Assembly (NCBI GenBank): GCA_963790735.1
Contig: CAWBQP010000002.1
Span: 9,184-73,183 of the forward strand
Origin: an uncultured Alphaproteobacteria bacterium
GTDB lineage: Bacteria > Pseudomonadota > Alphaproteobacteria > Rhizobiales > Xanthobacteraceae
Length of the DNA: 64,000 bases
Direction of reading: 5' to 3'
A program made the translations under genes and the position numbers. The notes beneath the pieces are model-generated. The model did no database searches. It saw only the letters and a program-made list of their open reading frames with translations, and had not been told where the DNA came from. Of the stretch, positions 1 to 9,711 are shown in pieces (the first letter of the stretch is position 1; each line of letters starts with the position of its first letter).

Positions 1-74
1 CCATTGCCGCTGCAGACCGCTTCAGCGTCGGGCATGGCCACGGCCCGATCCATCATTTTCATAAGTTTTACTAG
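1..74 (+). CDS. thiD: HMP/HMP-P kinase, C-terminal fragment (partial, runs off the window start)
   Basis: Frame from nt 3 reads IAAADRFSVGHGHGPIHHFHKFY*. GxGxGP(V/I)xHF is the characteristic ThiD C-terminus. Confidence 0.85.
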   Translation, partial: IAAADRFSVGHGHGPIHHFHKFY

Positions 75-100
75 CGTTCCTGCGAACGGCGTCGACAGCG

Positions 101-191
101 CGTAGCCCGGATGGAGCGAAGCGCAATCCTGGACAATTGCATCCGCTTGCCGCCCGGACCCCGGATTTCGCTGCGCTGCATCCGGGCTACG
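101..191. repeat. REP-like palindromic intergenic element
   Basis: Inverted ends CGTAGCCCGGATG (101-113) and CATCCGGGCTACG (179-191), with internal GAGCGAAGCG/CGCTGCGCTGC arms. GTAG-type REP doublet architecture. Confidence 0.8.
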
Positions 192-317
192 ATCGCGTAT
201 CGCTTCCCTGACGCTGCGATCTTGCCGCGGTCATGTCGCTTGCCTGTCGCATCGCGCTGTTATCCGCAAACTACGGGGCGCGGCATTGATTCTCGTGGGG
301 CTATCGGTCGCGTGAAC

Positions 318-335
318 TAGTCATCGCCCTGTCAC
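318..335 (+). promoter_or_regulatory. Putative Pho box (PhoB site)
   Basis: TAGTCAT-N4-CTGTCAC with 11-bp period, a further CTGTCA at 342-347, about 20 nt upstream of the plcP-like start. Confidence 0.6.
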
Positions 336-357
336 AAAAATCTGTCAGGGGACAGGT

Positions 358-1170
358 ATGGGTAGTGACTCCTTGAGTGAAGAAAGCCCGGAACGGCGTT
401 TTCGCACCTTGTTTATCTCCGACATCCATCTCGGAGCCCGCGGCTCGCAAGCCGACCGTTTGCTGGACTTCCTCAAGAGCCACGACGCCGACACCATCTA
501 TCTCGTCGGCGATATCGTCGATGGCTGGGCGCTGAAGTCGAGCTGGTACTGGCCGCAATCGCACAACGACTTCGTGCAGAAGATGCTGCGCAAGGCGCGC
601 AAGGGCGCCAAGGTCATCTACGTGCCGGGCAATCACGACGAGTTCCTGCGCAACTATTACGGCACCCATTTCGGAGGCATCGACGTGGTGGAAAACACCA
701 TTCACGAGGGCGCCGACGGCAAACGCTATCTCGTCATCCACGGCGATATCTTCGATCTCGTGGTGCAGAACGCGCGCTGGCTCGCCCATCTCGGCGACAA
801 GGCCTATGACTTCGCCATTCAGATGAACCGCCTCGTCAATTTCTTCCGGCGCATGTTCGGCGTGCCCTATTGGTCGCTGTCGCAATGGGCGAAGCTGAAG
901 GTCAAGAACGCCGTGAACTATATCGGCGCGTTCGAGCAGACCCTGGCCGGCGAAGCGCGGCGGCACGGCGCCGACGGCGTGATCTGCGGCCACATCCACT
1001 ACGCCACCATCCGCGACGAGCACGGCATCCGCTACATGAATTGCGGCGACTGGGTGGAAAGCTGCACCGCGCTCGCCGAGCACGAGGACGGCCGGTTCGA
1101 GATCATCACCTGGACCGATCCGCAGCGAAGGGCAGAACCCGTTCCCCGCGTCGCGGCGCGCGCCGCATGA
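358..1170 (+). CDS. plcP: LpxH-like metallophosphoesterase, probably phospholipase C PlcP
   Basis: Motifs SDIHLG, GDIVD, GNHD, HGD, CGHIH, NCGDW. Coupled to a GT4 gene and preceded by a Pho-like box. Confidence 0.75.
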   Translation: MGSDSLSEESPERRFRTLFISDIHLGARGSQADRLLDFLKSHDADTIYLVGDIVDGWALKSSWYWPQSHNDFVQKMLRKARKGAKVIYVPGNHDEFLRNYYGTHFGGIDVVENTIHEGADGKRYLVIHGDIFDLVVQNARWLAHLGDKAYDFAIQMNRLVNFFRRMFGVPYWSLSQWAKLKVKNAVNYIGAFEQTLAGEARRHGADGVICGHIHYATIRDEHGIRYMNCGDWVESCTALAEHEDGRFEIITWTDPQRRAEPVPRVAARAA

Positions 1171-2226
1171 CGCATATCCTGGTCGCGACCGATGCGTGGC
1201 ATCCCCAGGTCAACGGGGTGGTGCGAACGCTGACCGCGATGGCGGAAGCGGCCAGGGGTTTTGGCGTCGAGGTGAGTTTCCTGACGCCGCAATCGTTTCG
1301 CACCTTTGCGATGCCAAGCTATCCCGATCTGCGGCTGGCGCTGCCGCATCCAGCAAAAATCGCGCGGCTGATCGCAGCGGCAAAGCCCGACAGCATTCAT
1401 ATCGCGACCGAAGGCCCGATCGGGCTGTTCGTGCGGCGCTATTGCCGCAAGCGGGGCCTGCCGTTCACCACGAGCTTTCACACCCGCTTTCCGGAATATG
1501 TGTCGGCGCGCTCGCCGATCCCGGAATCCTGGGTATGGCGGGCGCTGCGCGCCTTCCACCGGCCGAGCCAGGCGGTGATGGCGGCAACGCCGGCGCTGGC
1601 GGCCGAATTGCGCATGCGCGGGTTTCGCAACGTGGTGCTGTGGTCGCGTGGCGTCGATACCTCGCTGTTCCATCCGCGCAGCGCGCGATCTCTGCCTGCC
1701 GATGCCGGTGTTCCTCAGCGTCGGGCGCGTCGCGGTTGAAAAGAATCTCGAAGCCTTTCTCGACCTCGATCTGCCCGGCACCAAGCTCGTCGTCGGCGAT
1801 GGGCCGGCCCTGACGGCGCTGGAGCGGAAATATCCTGACGCCGTGTTCCTGGGCGCCAGGCACGGCGAGGAACTGGCCGAAATCTACGCGGCCTCCGATA
1901 TTTTCGTGTTTCCCAGCAAGACCGACACGTTTGGCCTGGTGCTGCTCGAGGCGCTGGCCAGCGGCCTGCCGGTCGCCGCCTTTCCGGTCACCGGTCCGCG
2001 CGACGTGATCGGCGCGGCGCCGGTCGGCGTGCTGAACGAGGATCTGCGCGAGGCGTGCCTGGAGGCGCTGCAGGTTTCGCGGCAAGATTGCGTCGAATTC
2101 GCCGCCGGCCACACCTGGCAGGCCTCCGCGCGGGTCTTTGTCGAACATGCCCTGAATGTCCGCTCCGAGCCGGCGGAAGGCGAGGTGGCCGAATTTGGCG
2201 CGAAAGACCCGCATTTCGCCGCCTAG
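1167..2226 (+). CDS. GT4 glycosyltransferase (Agt-like glycolipid synthase); one +1 frameshift near 1685
   Basis: MTHILVATDAWHPQVNGVVRTL start overlaps the plcP stop (ATGA). C-terminal half (VGRVAVEKN, FPSKTDTFGLVLLEA) lies in another frame. Span is 3n+1. Confidence 0.85.
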
Positions 2227-2320
2227 AGCCTTTCGGTTCTGATTGAATCAGAACCGGGCTCTGAATTCTGTTTTGACGCGTTTTCTTGAACCGGTGGCCA
2301 CTTCGCTCGAAAACGCTATG
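2223..2320. repeat. CTAG-ended intergenic mosaic repeat (RIME/MITE-like), copy 1
   Basis: Hairpin CGGTTCTGATTGAATCAGAACCG followed by TGTTTTGACGCGTTTTCTT...TTCGCTCGAAAAC. Related copy at 49353-49450. Confidence 0.7.
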
Positions 2321-2376
2321 GAGTTCACCGGAATGCGTCTTGCCCGCTCTGTCGGGTCAGGCGTTACAAATGGGGA

Positions 2377-3366
2377 ATGACCGAACCAGCCCCTAATACA
2401 TCAGTAGCCGCCTCTGATATCGATGCGGCGGCGCGGGTGGTTGCGCCGTTCGCGGTGCGAACGCCGTTATTGTCGTTCCCCGTTCTCAATGAACGCGTCG
2501 GGACCAAAGTCTTTCTGAAGCCCGAAATGCTGCAGCGGACCGGATCTTTCAAGTTCCGCGGCGCCTTCAACAAGCTGGCCTCGATTCCGCAGGACAAGCG
2601 CAGCGGCGGGGTGGTGGCGTTCTCTTCCGGCAACCATGCCCAGGGCGTGGCGGCGGCGGCGCAGATCCTCAGCATGCAGGCCACCATCGTGATGCCTGCG
2701 GACTCTCCTGTCACCAAGCGCGAGCGCACCAAGGGCTATGGCGCCGAGGTGGTGCTCTACGACCGCGACAAGGAAGACCGCGAAGCCATCGCCAACAGCA
2801 TTGCGGCCAAGCGCGGCGCGACGCTGGTGCGCCCCTATGACGATCCCTTCGTGATCGCAGGACAAGGCACCGCGGGCCGCGAGATCGCCGAGGACATGGC
2901 GGCGCTCGGGCTCGTCCCCGATATCGTGGTGGCGCCGGCATCGGGCGGCGGGCTGATCGCCGGCGTTGCGACGGCGGTGAAGGCAAAATTTCCGCAAGCG
3001 CAGATCATCGTCGCCGAGCCCAAGGACTATGACGACCACGGCCTGTCGCTGCGCGCCGGCCATCGCGAGGCCCATCACGCCGCCGGCCGCACCATCTGCG
3101 ACGCGCTGATGGCGGCGATTCCGGGTGAACTCACCTTCTCGATCAACAACAAGCTGCTCGCGAGTGGCGTGATCGCATCCGACGAGGAAGTCGGCGCGGC
3201 GGTCGCCTATGCCTATCGGGAATTGAAGCTGGTGGTCGAGCCCGGCGGCGCCGTCGGGCTTGCCGCACTGTTGGCCGGCCGCATCGATACGAGGGGCAAG
3301 AACGTCGTCATCGTGCTCTCCGGCGGCAATGTCGACGCGGACCTGTTCGCCAAGCTGGTCGCCTGA
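2377..3366 (+). CDS. Threonine/serine dehydratase (PLP fold II)
   Basis: QRTGSFKFRGA (PLP lysine), SSGNHAQG, GGGL, LSGGN motifs. Confidence 0.9.
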   Translation: MTEPAPNTSVAASDIDAAARVVAPFAVRTPLLSFPVLNERVGTKVFLKPEMLQRTGSFKFRGAFNKLASIPQDKRSGGVVAFSSGNHAQGVAAAAQILSMQATIVMPADSPVTKRERTKGYGAEVVLYDRDKEDREAIANSIAAKRGATLVRPYDDPFVIAGQGTAGREIAEDMAALGLVPDIVVAPASGGGLIAGVATAVKAKFPQAQIIVAEPKDYDDHGLSLRAGHREAHHAAGRTICDALMAAIPGELTFSINNKLLASGVIASDEEVGAAVAYAYRELKLVVEPGGAVGLAALLAGRIDTRGKNVVIVLSGGNVDADLFAKLVA

Positions 3367-3384
3367 TCATCCCGTCTCAAACGG

Positions 3385-3417
3385 AAACCGGGCAGAGCGT
3401 GTGCTCTGCCCGGTTTT
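3385..3417. terminator. Bidirectional rho-independent terminator
   Basis: AAACCGGGCAGAGC-GTGT-GCTCTGCCCGGTTTT between convergent genes. Confidence 0.8.
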
Positions 3418-3437
3418 GTATTGCTTGAAGCGCGCGG

Positions 3438-5015
3438 TCAGCGCCGGCCGAAACCGCCGCCGCCGAAGGAACGGCCGCCACCAAAACCACCGCGGGCGAA
3501 CGACATGCGCGAGGGGCCCGAGGAGAAGCGCTGGCTGAAACGTCCGCCGCCCGTCCCGCCACCGAAATGACGCGGGCCGTTGTTGAACATGTGCCTGTTG
3601 CCGGTCCGCATCGGATTGTTGTTCATCCTGTTCGAAAACCTTGAGAACTTGCCGTTGTTGCCGCCGCGGTTGCCGGCATTGAAGGGGCTGTGCCTGTCCT
3701 TGCCGGACAGCGGGCCCATCTTGCCGTTGCCGAACGGCTTCGATCCGGCGCGGCCGGGCATGTGCTGCATCGGGCCCATCGCGCCTCCGCCCTTGTTATG
3801 GGCGAACGAGTGTCCAAAGTTGCCGTGCCTGTACGACGGCGACTGCTTTGCCAGATGCGTGAACTGCATCAGCGGCACGGCCTTCGGCGCACCGTACAGC
3901 TTCAGCGCCGCCGGCGCGTAGGAGCTGTTGGAATAATTTTCATGGAACGTCTTGTAGGCAAAGGGTGAGTTCGCGAGCACCGCCTTGTGCCATGCCTTTG
4001 CGACCTTCAGATTATAAAGCAGCACGCGGATGTCGTCGCTTAGCGGATCGCGCGGATAGAGTTGGAGGAACTCCTCGTAATTTTCGGGAGAGCCTTCCGA
4101 CACCACGTAGTCGTAAGCCTGCCGTACCGAACGCGAGGGCAGGTTCGCCGCCATCTGCACGATCGGGCTGCGATCCGGCGCGCGGCCTGCGGCAACCGCG
4201 GTATCGCCGAAGAAATAGAAATCGGAGGTCAGCGACGAGCTTTCCCACGGCGTCTGACGGCCTCTGGTCGCGTTGTTCACTTCGAGCCGGACCTGCTTGA
4301 ACAACTGTTCGATCGGCAGGTTCGGTTTACGGGCGTTATTCAGGAACGCCGACGTATACGGGCTGTGGTTGCCGTCGCCATCCGCCGCTTCCATGCCCGG
4401 TGCGGTCGAGTAGCCGACGATCGAGCCGTTCGGCGCATCGACGATGGCCAGGCCCCGTCCCTTATCGTTGACCTCCGGGAACGGATTGTTGCGGCAGGCG
4501 TCGAGCACGACGATGCGCATCCGGCTTGAAATGGAGTCCAGCGTGCCCATCAGGTCGACCAGTCGCAGCGAATTGCCGTCGAGATCGTACGACGTCGAGA
4601 TTTTTGCATCGACCGGAAGCAGATAGTTCTCACCCTCGACCTGCACGCCGTGACCGGCATAGTAAACCATGGCGACGGTGCCGGGGCCGCGCTCGGCGAC
4701 CTTGGCGGTAAAGTCCTGCACGACCCTGACCATGTCTTTGCGTGTCAGGTCGGTCGCCTGGGTGACTTCGAAGCCGGCTTGGTTCAAAAGCTGCGACATC
4801 GATTGCGCATCGTTGCCGGGATTGGCGAGTTTGGGTGCGGTCTGGTAGTTCGAATTGCCGATGACAAGCGCGATGCGCTGGTCCGCCGGCGGCGGCGTCT
4901 GCATGCCGGTGCGGATGTCGGCATTCGGGGCTTCGGCGAAAGCCGCGCCAGTGCCGAAGCTCAACAGGCTTGCCAGTAGACTGGCGCGCAATAGCGTCGA
5001 ATTGAAACGGGACAT
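3438..5015 (-). CDS. Secreted caspase-family (peptidase C14) protein with low-complexity G/R/F/N C-terminal tail
   Basis: Signal peptide ending AFA, RIALVIGNSNY, YYAGHG (His), VLDACR (Cys), QTPW. Start chosen at MSRFNSTLL after a GAGG RBS. Confidence 0.85.
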   Translation of the reverse strand: MSRFNSTLLRASLLASLLSFGTGAAFAEAPNADIRTGMQTPPPADQRIALVIGNSNYQTAPKLANPGNDAQSMSQLLNQAGFEVTQATDLTRKDMVRVVQDFTAKVAERGPGTVAMVYYAGHGVQVEGENYLLPVDAKISTSYDLDGNSLRLVDLMGTLDSISSRMRIVVLDACRNNPFPEVNDKGRGLAIVDAPNGSIVGYSTAPGMEAADGDGNHSPYTSAFLNNARKPNLPIEQLFKQVRLEVNNATRGRQTPWESSSLTSDFYFFGDTAVAAGRAPDRSPIVQMAANLPSRSVRQAYDYVVSEGSPENYEEFLQLYPRDPLSDDIRVLLYNLKVAKAWHKAVLANSPFAYKTFHENYSNSSYAPAALKLYGAPKAVPLMQFTHLAKQSPSYRHGNFGHSFAHNKGGGAMGPMQHMPGRAGSKPFGNGKMGPLSGKDRHSPFNAGNRGGNNGKFSRFSNRMNNNPMRTGNRHMFNNGPRHFGGGTGGGRFSQRFSSGPSRMSFARGGFGGGRSFGGGGFGRR

Positions 5016-5187
5016 GGCGGCATTCCTCAAATGAACGCGTGGCGAGATTTGCGTTGGGGACGCTAAACCGCATCGGTATGGCGGTACGTGATCGCGATCA
5101 CGCTTGCAGCAGGAGGTATTTCGACGCTTGCCGTCGCGCGATGCGGCTGACAATCTCAGGTCGCTGAAAGGTCGAAGGAACCCAAAA

Positions 5188-6222
5188 ATGGGCTTCGGGC
5201 TAAAGACCACGACAGGAATTATCGCGGTGGTGCTGGTCGCGGCGGCACTGGCTCAGGCGAGCCGGGTGTTCGCGCCGCTTGCGGCCGCCCTGTTCATCAT
5301 CGCGATCGTATGGCCGGTCCAGAAGCAATTGCAGTCCTGGATGCCCAAGCTTGCCGCGCTGGCGATCACGATCGTGGTGACCGTGGCGGTCTGTCTCGGC
5401 TTTGCCTCTCTCGCGGCGTGGGGATTTGGCCGGGTCGGCCGATCGGTGGTCGGCGATTTGCCGCGGTACCAGGCGCTTTATTCGGCGATGGTGACATGGC
5501 TGGACGGCCATGGCGTCTCGGTCGCGGGGCTGTGGGCCGAACACTTCAACGTCGGCTGGCTGCTGCGCGCGACGCAGCAGGTTACGACCCGCGTCAATAC
5601 CACGCTCAGCTTCTGGGTGATCGTGCTGGTTTACGTGATGCTCGGACTTCTGGAAGTCGAGAACATCAGGCAAAGGATCGAGCGGCTGGATAATCCCACC
5701 GCGGCCCGCGTGCTGCTCGAAGGCAGTGCGGCGACCGCGGCGAAATTCCGAAAGTATCTGCTGGTGCGGACGAAGATGAGCGCGGTGACCGGCCTGTTGG
5801 TCGGCGCATTTGCGTGGGTGGCCGGATTGCCGTTCGCACTCGAGTGGGGCGTGATTGCCTTCGTGCTCAACTATATCCCGTTCATTGGTCCTTTCGTCGC
5901 AACGCTGTTTCCGACCTTGCTGGCGATGACGCAGTTCGACAGCTGGCCGGCGGTCCTCGGCGTCTTCGTCTGCCTGAACGTCATTCAGTTCGCGGTCGGC
6001 AGCTACATCGAGCCGCGGGTGGCCGGCTCGATGTTGTCGATTTCGCCGGTCGTGGTGCTGTTCGCGATTCTGTTCTGGACGTTCCTGTGGGGCCTGTTCG
6101 GCACCTTCATCGGCGTGCCGATCGCGCTGGCCATTCTGACCTTCTGCGCCGCGCATCCGTCAAGCCGCTGGGTCGCCGATCTGTTCGGCGGACCGGATCA
6201 GATGAAGCCGGGCAAGCGCTAG
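5188..6222 (+). CDS. AI-2E family transporter
   Basis: Multi-TM protein with LNYIPFIGP and YIEPRVAG...ISP...WG..G...GVP motifs. Confidence 0.85.
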   Translation: MGFGLKTTTGIIAVVLVAAALAQASRVFAPLAAALFIIAIVWPVQKQLQSWMPKLAALAITIVVTVAVCLGFASLAAWGFGRVGRSVVGDLPRYQALYSAMVTWLDGHGVSVAGLWAEHFNVGWLLRATQQVTTRVNTTLSFWVIVLVYVMLGLLEVENIRQRIERLDNPTAARVLLEGSAATAAKFRKYLLVRTKMSAVTGLLVGAFAWVAGLPFALEWGVIAFVLNYIPFIGPFVATLFPTLLAMTQFDSWPAVLGVFVCLNVIQFAVGSYIEPRVAGSMLSISPVVVLFAILFWTFLWGLFGTFIGVPIALAILTFCAAHPSSRWVADLFGGPDQMKPGKR

Positions 6223-6413
6223 GCAGTGCTCCGTTTAAATCGTGAGCGCGCACAATTGGATCGATTGGATTATAGCACAAGGTAAACCGCTGTAAGGCCG
6301 CGAGCGGACAAACTTCGTGCCGTCGGAGGCATGGCCCTGGCCGCCAGCGATCTCAGCAAGAACGGCATTCCTCGTCTTTCATAGACATTCTCGCTGATCG
6401 CAGTGTCCAAATA

Positions 6414-7553
6414 TTACGATCGCTGCCTGGGTTTGATGCTGATCGAGTTCAGCAGTGTTGCGGTCGCGATCATCGCTGCGATGCCAGCGAGACTCAATGC
6501 TATCTGCATCGCAAGTCCGTCTGAAATGTCGAGCAGCACCGCGTGGCCGGCGAACGTCAGCAGAACGCCGAGGCAATAGATTGGCAGCGAGTTCTGGCCA
6601 CAGCGGATCGCGCCGCGCATTACCGGCGTCGTCAACCCTCGCCAATTGCGAGGCACGAGCCATGCCGTCAAAACCGCTATGGCCAAAAAATGCAGCAGCC
6701 GCAATGGATCGAGATTCGATTTGTCCAATGGGTAAACTAGTCTAGCCAGCGCCGGCGAGATAAGTGCTTTCAGCGGTTCGATGCGCCAGCTCAATGCGAT
6801 GACCAGGCTGAAGAGCAGATACAGGACGGCAAGCATAAGCGTCGTGCGTGACGTCACCCACGGCCAGGCCCTCTTGTCCTCGTCGATCATCCACCACGCG
6901 CCAAGCACGAAAAGCAGCTGCCAGGCCAGCGGATTGAAAGCCCAGTGGCCGTTCGGCCAAGCCGGGACGGTCCAGCCAAAGGCGTGCACCAGCGCATAAA
7001 GCGCCAGCGAGGCGCCAAGCGTCGCGTTCGGCGCTCGCAGCAGCAGCCACAGCAGCGGTGCGAACAACAGGTGAAGAAGCACGAACACCGCCAACACGTC
7101 GGTATTGACGGGACGGTATTGCAGGATCGCCGCGCGCGCGAGCGTCGCGCCGGGATGGTCCAACAAGATACGCGTATTGCTCTCGTCAGCAAGACGGCCT
7201 GCGAGGTGAACCAGGATGACGCAGGCGAGCGTGAGCAGCAGAAATGCGACATAAATGTCCCAGCTTCGCCGCAGCGTTCGGCTGATCACTCCGGTCCAGC
7301 CCTCGCATCGCCATGCCCTGCCGTAAGCCAGCGCGCAGGTTACGCCCGAGACGAACATGAACACTTCCGCGGCATCGCTGAAGCCGTAGTTCCGCAGCGT
7401 CAGCCAAGTTCCGATGTTGTTGGGAACATGGTCAAGAAAGATGCACCACAGCGCGATGCCTCGGCAGGCATCTATTCGCAGGTCGCGGCCTTGGCCTTTC
7501 AGCTCCGGCAACTCGCCGACCACTAACTTGGGTATGGTAACTCGGTCGTGCAT
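6414..7553 (-). CDS. opgC: OpgC-domain protein (periplasmic glucan succinyltransferase-like)
   Basis: RDLRID.CRG.AL..IFLDH.P, GFSDAAEVF, FNPLAWQLLF, DKSNLDPLRLLHFL, GQNSLPIYC. Confidence 0.85.
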   Translation of the reverse strand: MHDRVTIPKLVVGELPELKGQGRDLRIDACRGIALWCIFLDHVPNNIGTWLTLRNYGFSDAAEVFMFVSGVTCALAYGRAWRCEGWTGVISRTLRRSWDIYVAFLLLTLACVILVHLAGRLADESNTRILLDHPGATLARAAILQYRPVNTDVLAVFVLLHLLFAPLLWLLLRAPNATLGASLALYALVHAFGWTVPAWPNGHWAFNPLAWQLLFVLGAWWMIDEDKRAWPWVTSRTTLMLAVLYLLFSLVIALSWRIEPLKALISPALARLVYPLDKSNLDPLRLLHFLAIAVLTAWLVPRNWRGLTTPVMRGAIRCGQNSLPIYCLGVLLTFAGHAVLLDISDGLAMQIALSLAGIAAMIATATLLNSISIKPRQRS

Positions 7554-7828
7554 CTGGATCGTCCCAAGCCAGCAAAATGGACCTGCCGCTCGAACTCCTG
7601 GTGTGAGCTCGTTCACCTTCAAAGCCTTATTTTTAAGGCGAATCTGCGCGCGAGCGTTGAGCGTTGTCGGCGTTGCACGTGATCGTTTGAGTTGTGCGTG
7701 TAGTGCGCCTCGCCTGCAGTCTGGTTCTCGGAGTGGATGTCGTCAGATTTTCCGACTCTTCAGAGCTGATTAGATCAACGCTCGTTGGGATGGGACATCG
7801 GGACGCGAAGTCATCGGGCTTCGCGGCA

Positions 7829-7902
7829 ACTTTCCGCCCTGGCCCAAAGCAGACGTGCAAACGCCTCTGATGGATGTTCGCTTTCGGAGGCAAAGCCGAC
7901 AC
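7829..7902 (+). repeat. Cassette-boundary-like repeat, copy A
   Basis: TTCCGCCCTGGCCCAAAGCAGAC...ATGTTCGCTTTCGGAGGCAAAGCCGACAC. Shares motifs with 14620-14722 and 16328-16400. Confidence 0.55.
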
Positions 7903-7943
7903 GAGGGGGCGGGCACATCATCCCCGAATTTATGAGTGTACGC

Positions 7944-9674
7944 CTAGGAATTTTTCTCGCCGGCAATCTCGACGCGCTGCGGCGGCAGTAGACCAAGCCG
8001 TCCATCCGGCCCGGCCGCCAGCGTGTGAATATAGAAATGGGTCGCCGCATCGTCGGTCGCGTTCATCACCGGCGAGGGCGCGGAGATGATCTTCAACGAA
8101 CCGCATGCGCCGATCCAGTCGATATGGCGGTGGCCGTGCATCACCACGGCGCGACCGGCCAACGCTTCCAGCCTGCGCACGAACCAGCTGCCGTTGATCA
8201 GCGCCGTACCGATGCGTTCCGAGAATGCCTTCACCGGCATGGGATACTCCACCACATGGTGGTGCAACGCGACGATCCAGCGTGCTGCCGGATAATGGCG
8301 GGTCGCCGCCTCGAAGCGATGCGTCTGTTCGACGGATACCAGCCCGAGCGCGTTGGTGAAGGAAAAATGGGTCTCCGCGTTGGAGTTCAGGATGGCTATG
8401 CCGAGGCCGTCTGCCGCCTCCGGCGGCAGGATCATCGGAAACTGGTCGTCGAACAGGCCACGCAGCGCCGCGGCACGGCGCAGGCCGCCATGCTCCGCAA
8501 GCGCTGCGATCGCATCGCGGTGCGGCGCCAGCGCCTCGTTCAGCGTGACGGCCGGTTTTCCCGAGGCATCGACCACGCGCACGCGATCGCCTTGCACGGC
8601 CGCCATCGCCGACAAAGTGCGGATTTGCCGTAGCCGCTTGCCCGGGCTGAACGGCAGATCGAGCCGGGCCGGATTGGCGCGGTCGACGATGTTGACGTCG
8701 TGGTTGCCCGGCAACATCACCGTGCGCGCGGCAAGTTCCGGATGCTGCGCGATTGCGTCGAAGAATGTGGCCCATTCGCTGGCGCGGCCGGCGTCGGTCA
8801 TGTCGCCGGTGATGAGAACGTGATCGAGTGGATCGATCGCATGAATGGCGGCCAGATGCGCCAGCACCCGATCGAGCCGGCCATTGCCGCGCGGGCCGGC
8901 TCGTCCGCTTTCGATGCGGAAGCCGTATTGTTCGCCGATCACGTGCAGGTCCGATAGATGCGCAACGCGCCAGTTCCGCCCCCGGGACGAAACGGTATCG
9001 AACGCGGCGAGGTCGACGGGTTGCTGCATGCTGGCATCCGCAAATCCCCACACCAGCGATGCCACCGCCAGATATGCCGACACCAGCACGACGGCATTGG
9101 CGAGCGTCGGCACGGCGAGGCGATGCAGCAAGACCAGGTCGTTCCAGCCGCCTGTCCAGCGCGAGGCAGGCCAGGCCGCAATCGCGATCAGCACCGCGCA
9201 GGTCGACAGCACGATGGCTGCTCCGATCGAATTGGCGCTGCGCAATCGCGCCCGGCCGGCGAGGGTCAGGTTCCTGCCCCACATCCGTTCCGTCAGGTGA
9301 CGCAGCGCTTCGCGGGCGAACGCGTAGCCGGGCTGCACGGCGAGCGCGTTGAGCGACCAGAAGCTGGTCTCGGCAATCCGAAACAGCGGCCGCCATCCGA
9401 TCCATCCCAGCGCGATAATCGCGATCAAAGCGAGCGCCGTGCCGATCTCGGTCAGCGCGGCAAGCCGGTCCGACAATTTCGAAAACCAGGCGGACGCCAG
9501 CAACGGCGCCAGACCCAGCAGCACTGCCGGCAACAGCAGCAACACGGTCCAGGCAAACAGCAGTTTGGGCAAACTGATTTCGACCAGCAGGCTGCCGGCG
9601 ATGGCGAGCAGGGACCGCTGCCCGGGACTGGCGGCATCGTCCTCGATATCGCCGTGGCGCGGATCGATCAGCAT
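7944..9674 (-). CDS. Membrane-anchored calcineurin-like metallophosphoesterase
   Basis: N-terminal TM helices, then SDLH, ITGDMTD, PGNHD, LHHH, HGHRH motifs. Confidence 0.85.
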   Translation of the reverse strand: MLIDPRHGDIEDDAASPGQRSLLAIAGSLLVEISLPKLLFAWTVLLLLPAVLLGLAPLLASAWFSKLSDRLAALTEIGTALALIAIIALGWIGWRPLFRIAETSFWSLNALAVQPGYAFAREALRHLTERMWGRNLTLAGRARLRSANSIGAAIVLSTCAVLIAIAAWPASRWTGGWNDLVLLHRLAVPTLANAVVLVSAYLAVASLVWGFADASMQQPVDLAAFDTVSSRGRNWRVAHLSDLHVIGEQYGFRIESGRAGPRGNGRLDRVLAHLAAIHAIDPLDHVLITGDMTDAGRASEWATFFDAIAQHPELAARTVMLPGNHDVNIVDRANPARLDLPFSPGKRLRQIRTLSAMAAVQGDRVRVVDASGKPAVTLNEALAPHRDAIAALAEHGGLRRAAALRGLFDDQFPMILPPEAADGLGIAILNSNAETHFSFTNALGLVSVEQTHRFEAATRHYPAARWIVALHHHVVEYPMPVKAFSERIGTALINGSWFVRRLEALAGRAVVMHGHRHIDWIGACGSLKIISAPSPVMNATDDAATHFYIHTLAAGPDGRLGLLPPQRVEIAGEKNS

Positions 9675-9711
9675 GCTGTCCCGGATTGCCGGTGGACTTT
9701 AGTTGCTCCGC

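Noticed and set aside
7633-7902. ORF starting MSALPPKANI
   Set aside because: Translation of the repeat element, not a credible protein.
3438-9674. Anti-phage defence system (caspase plus phosphoesterase)
   Set aside because: The caspase has a signal peptide, and no gasdermin, NLR/STAND, TIR or cyclase partner is visible.
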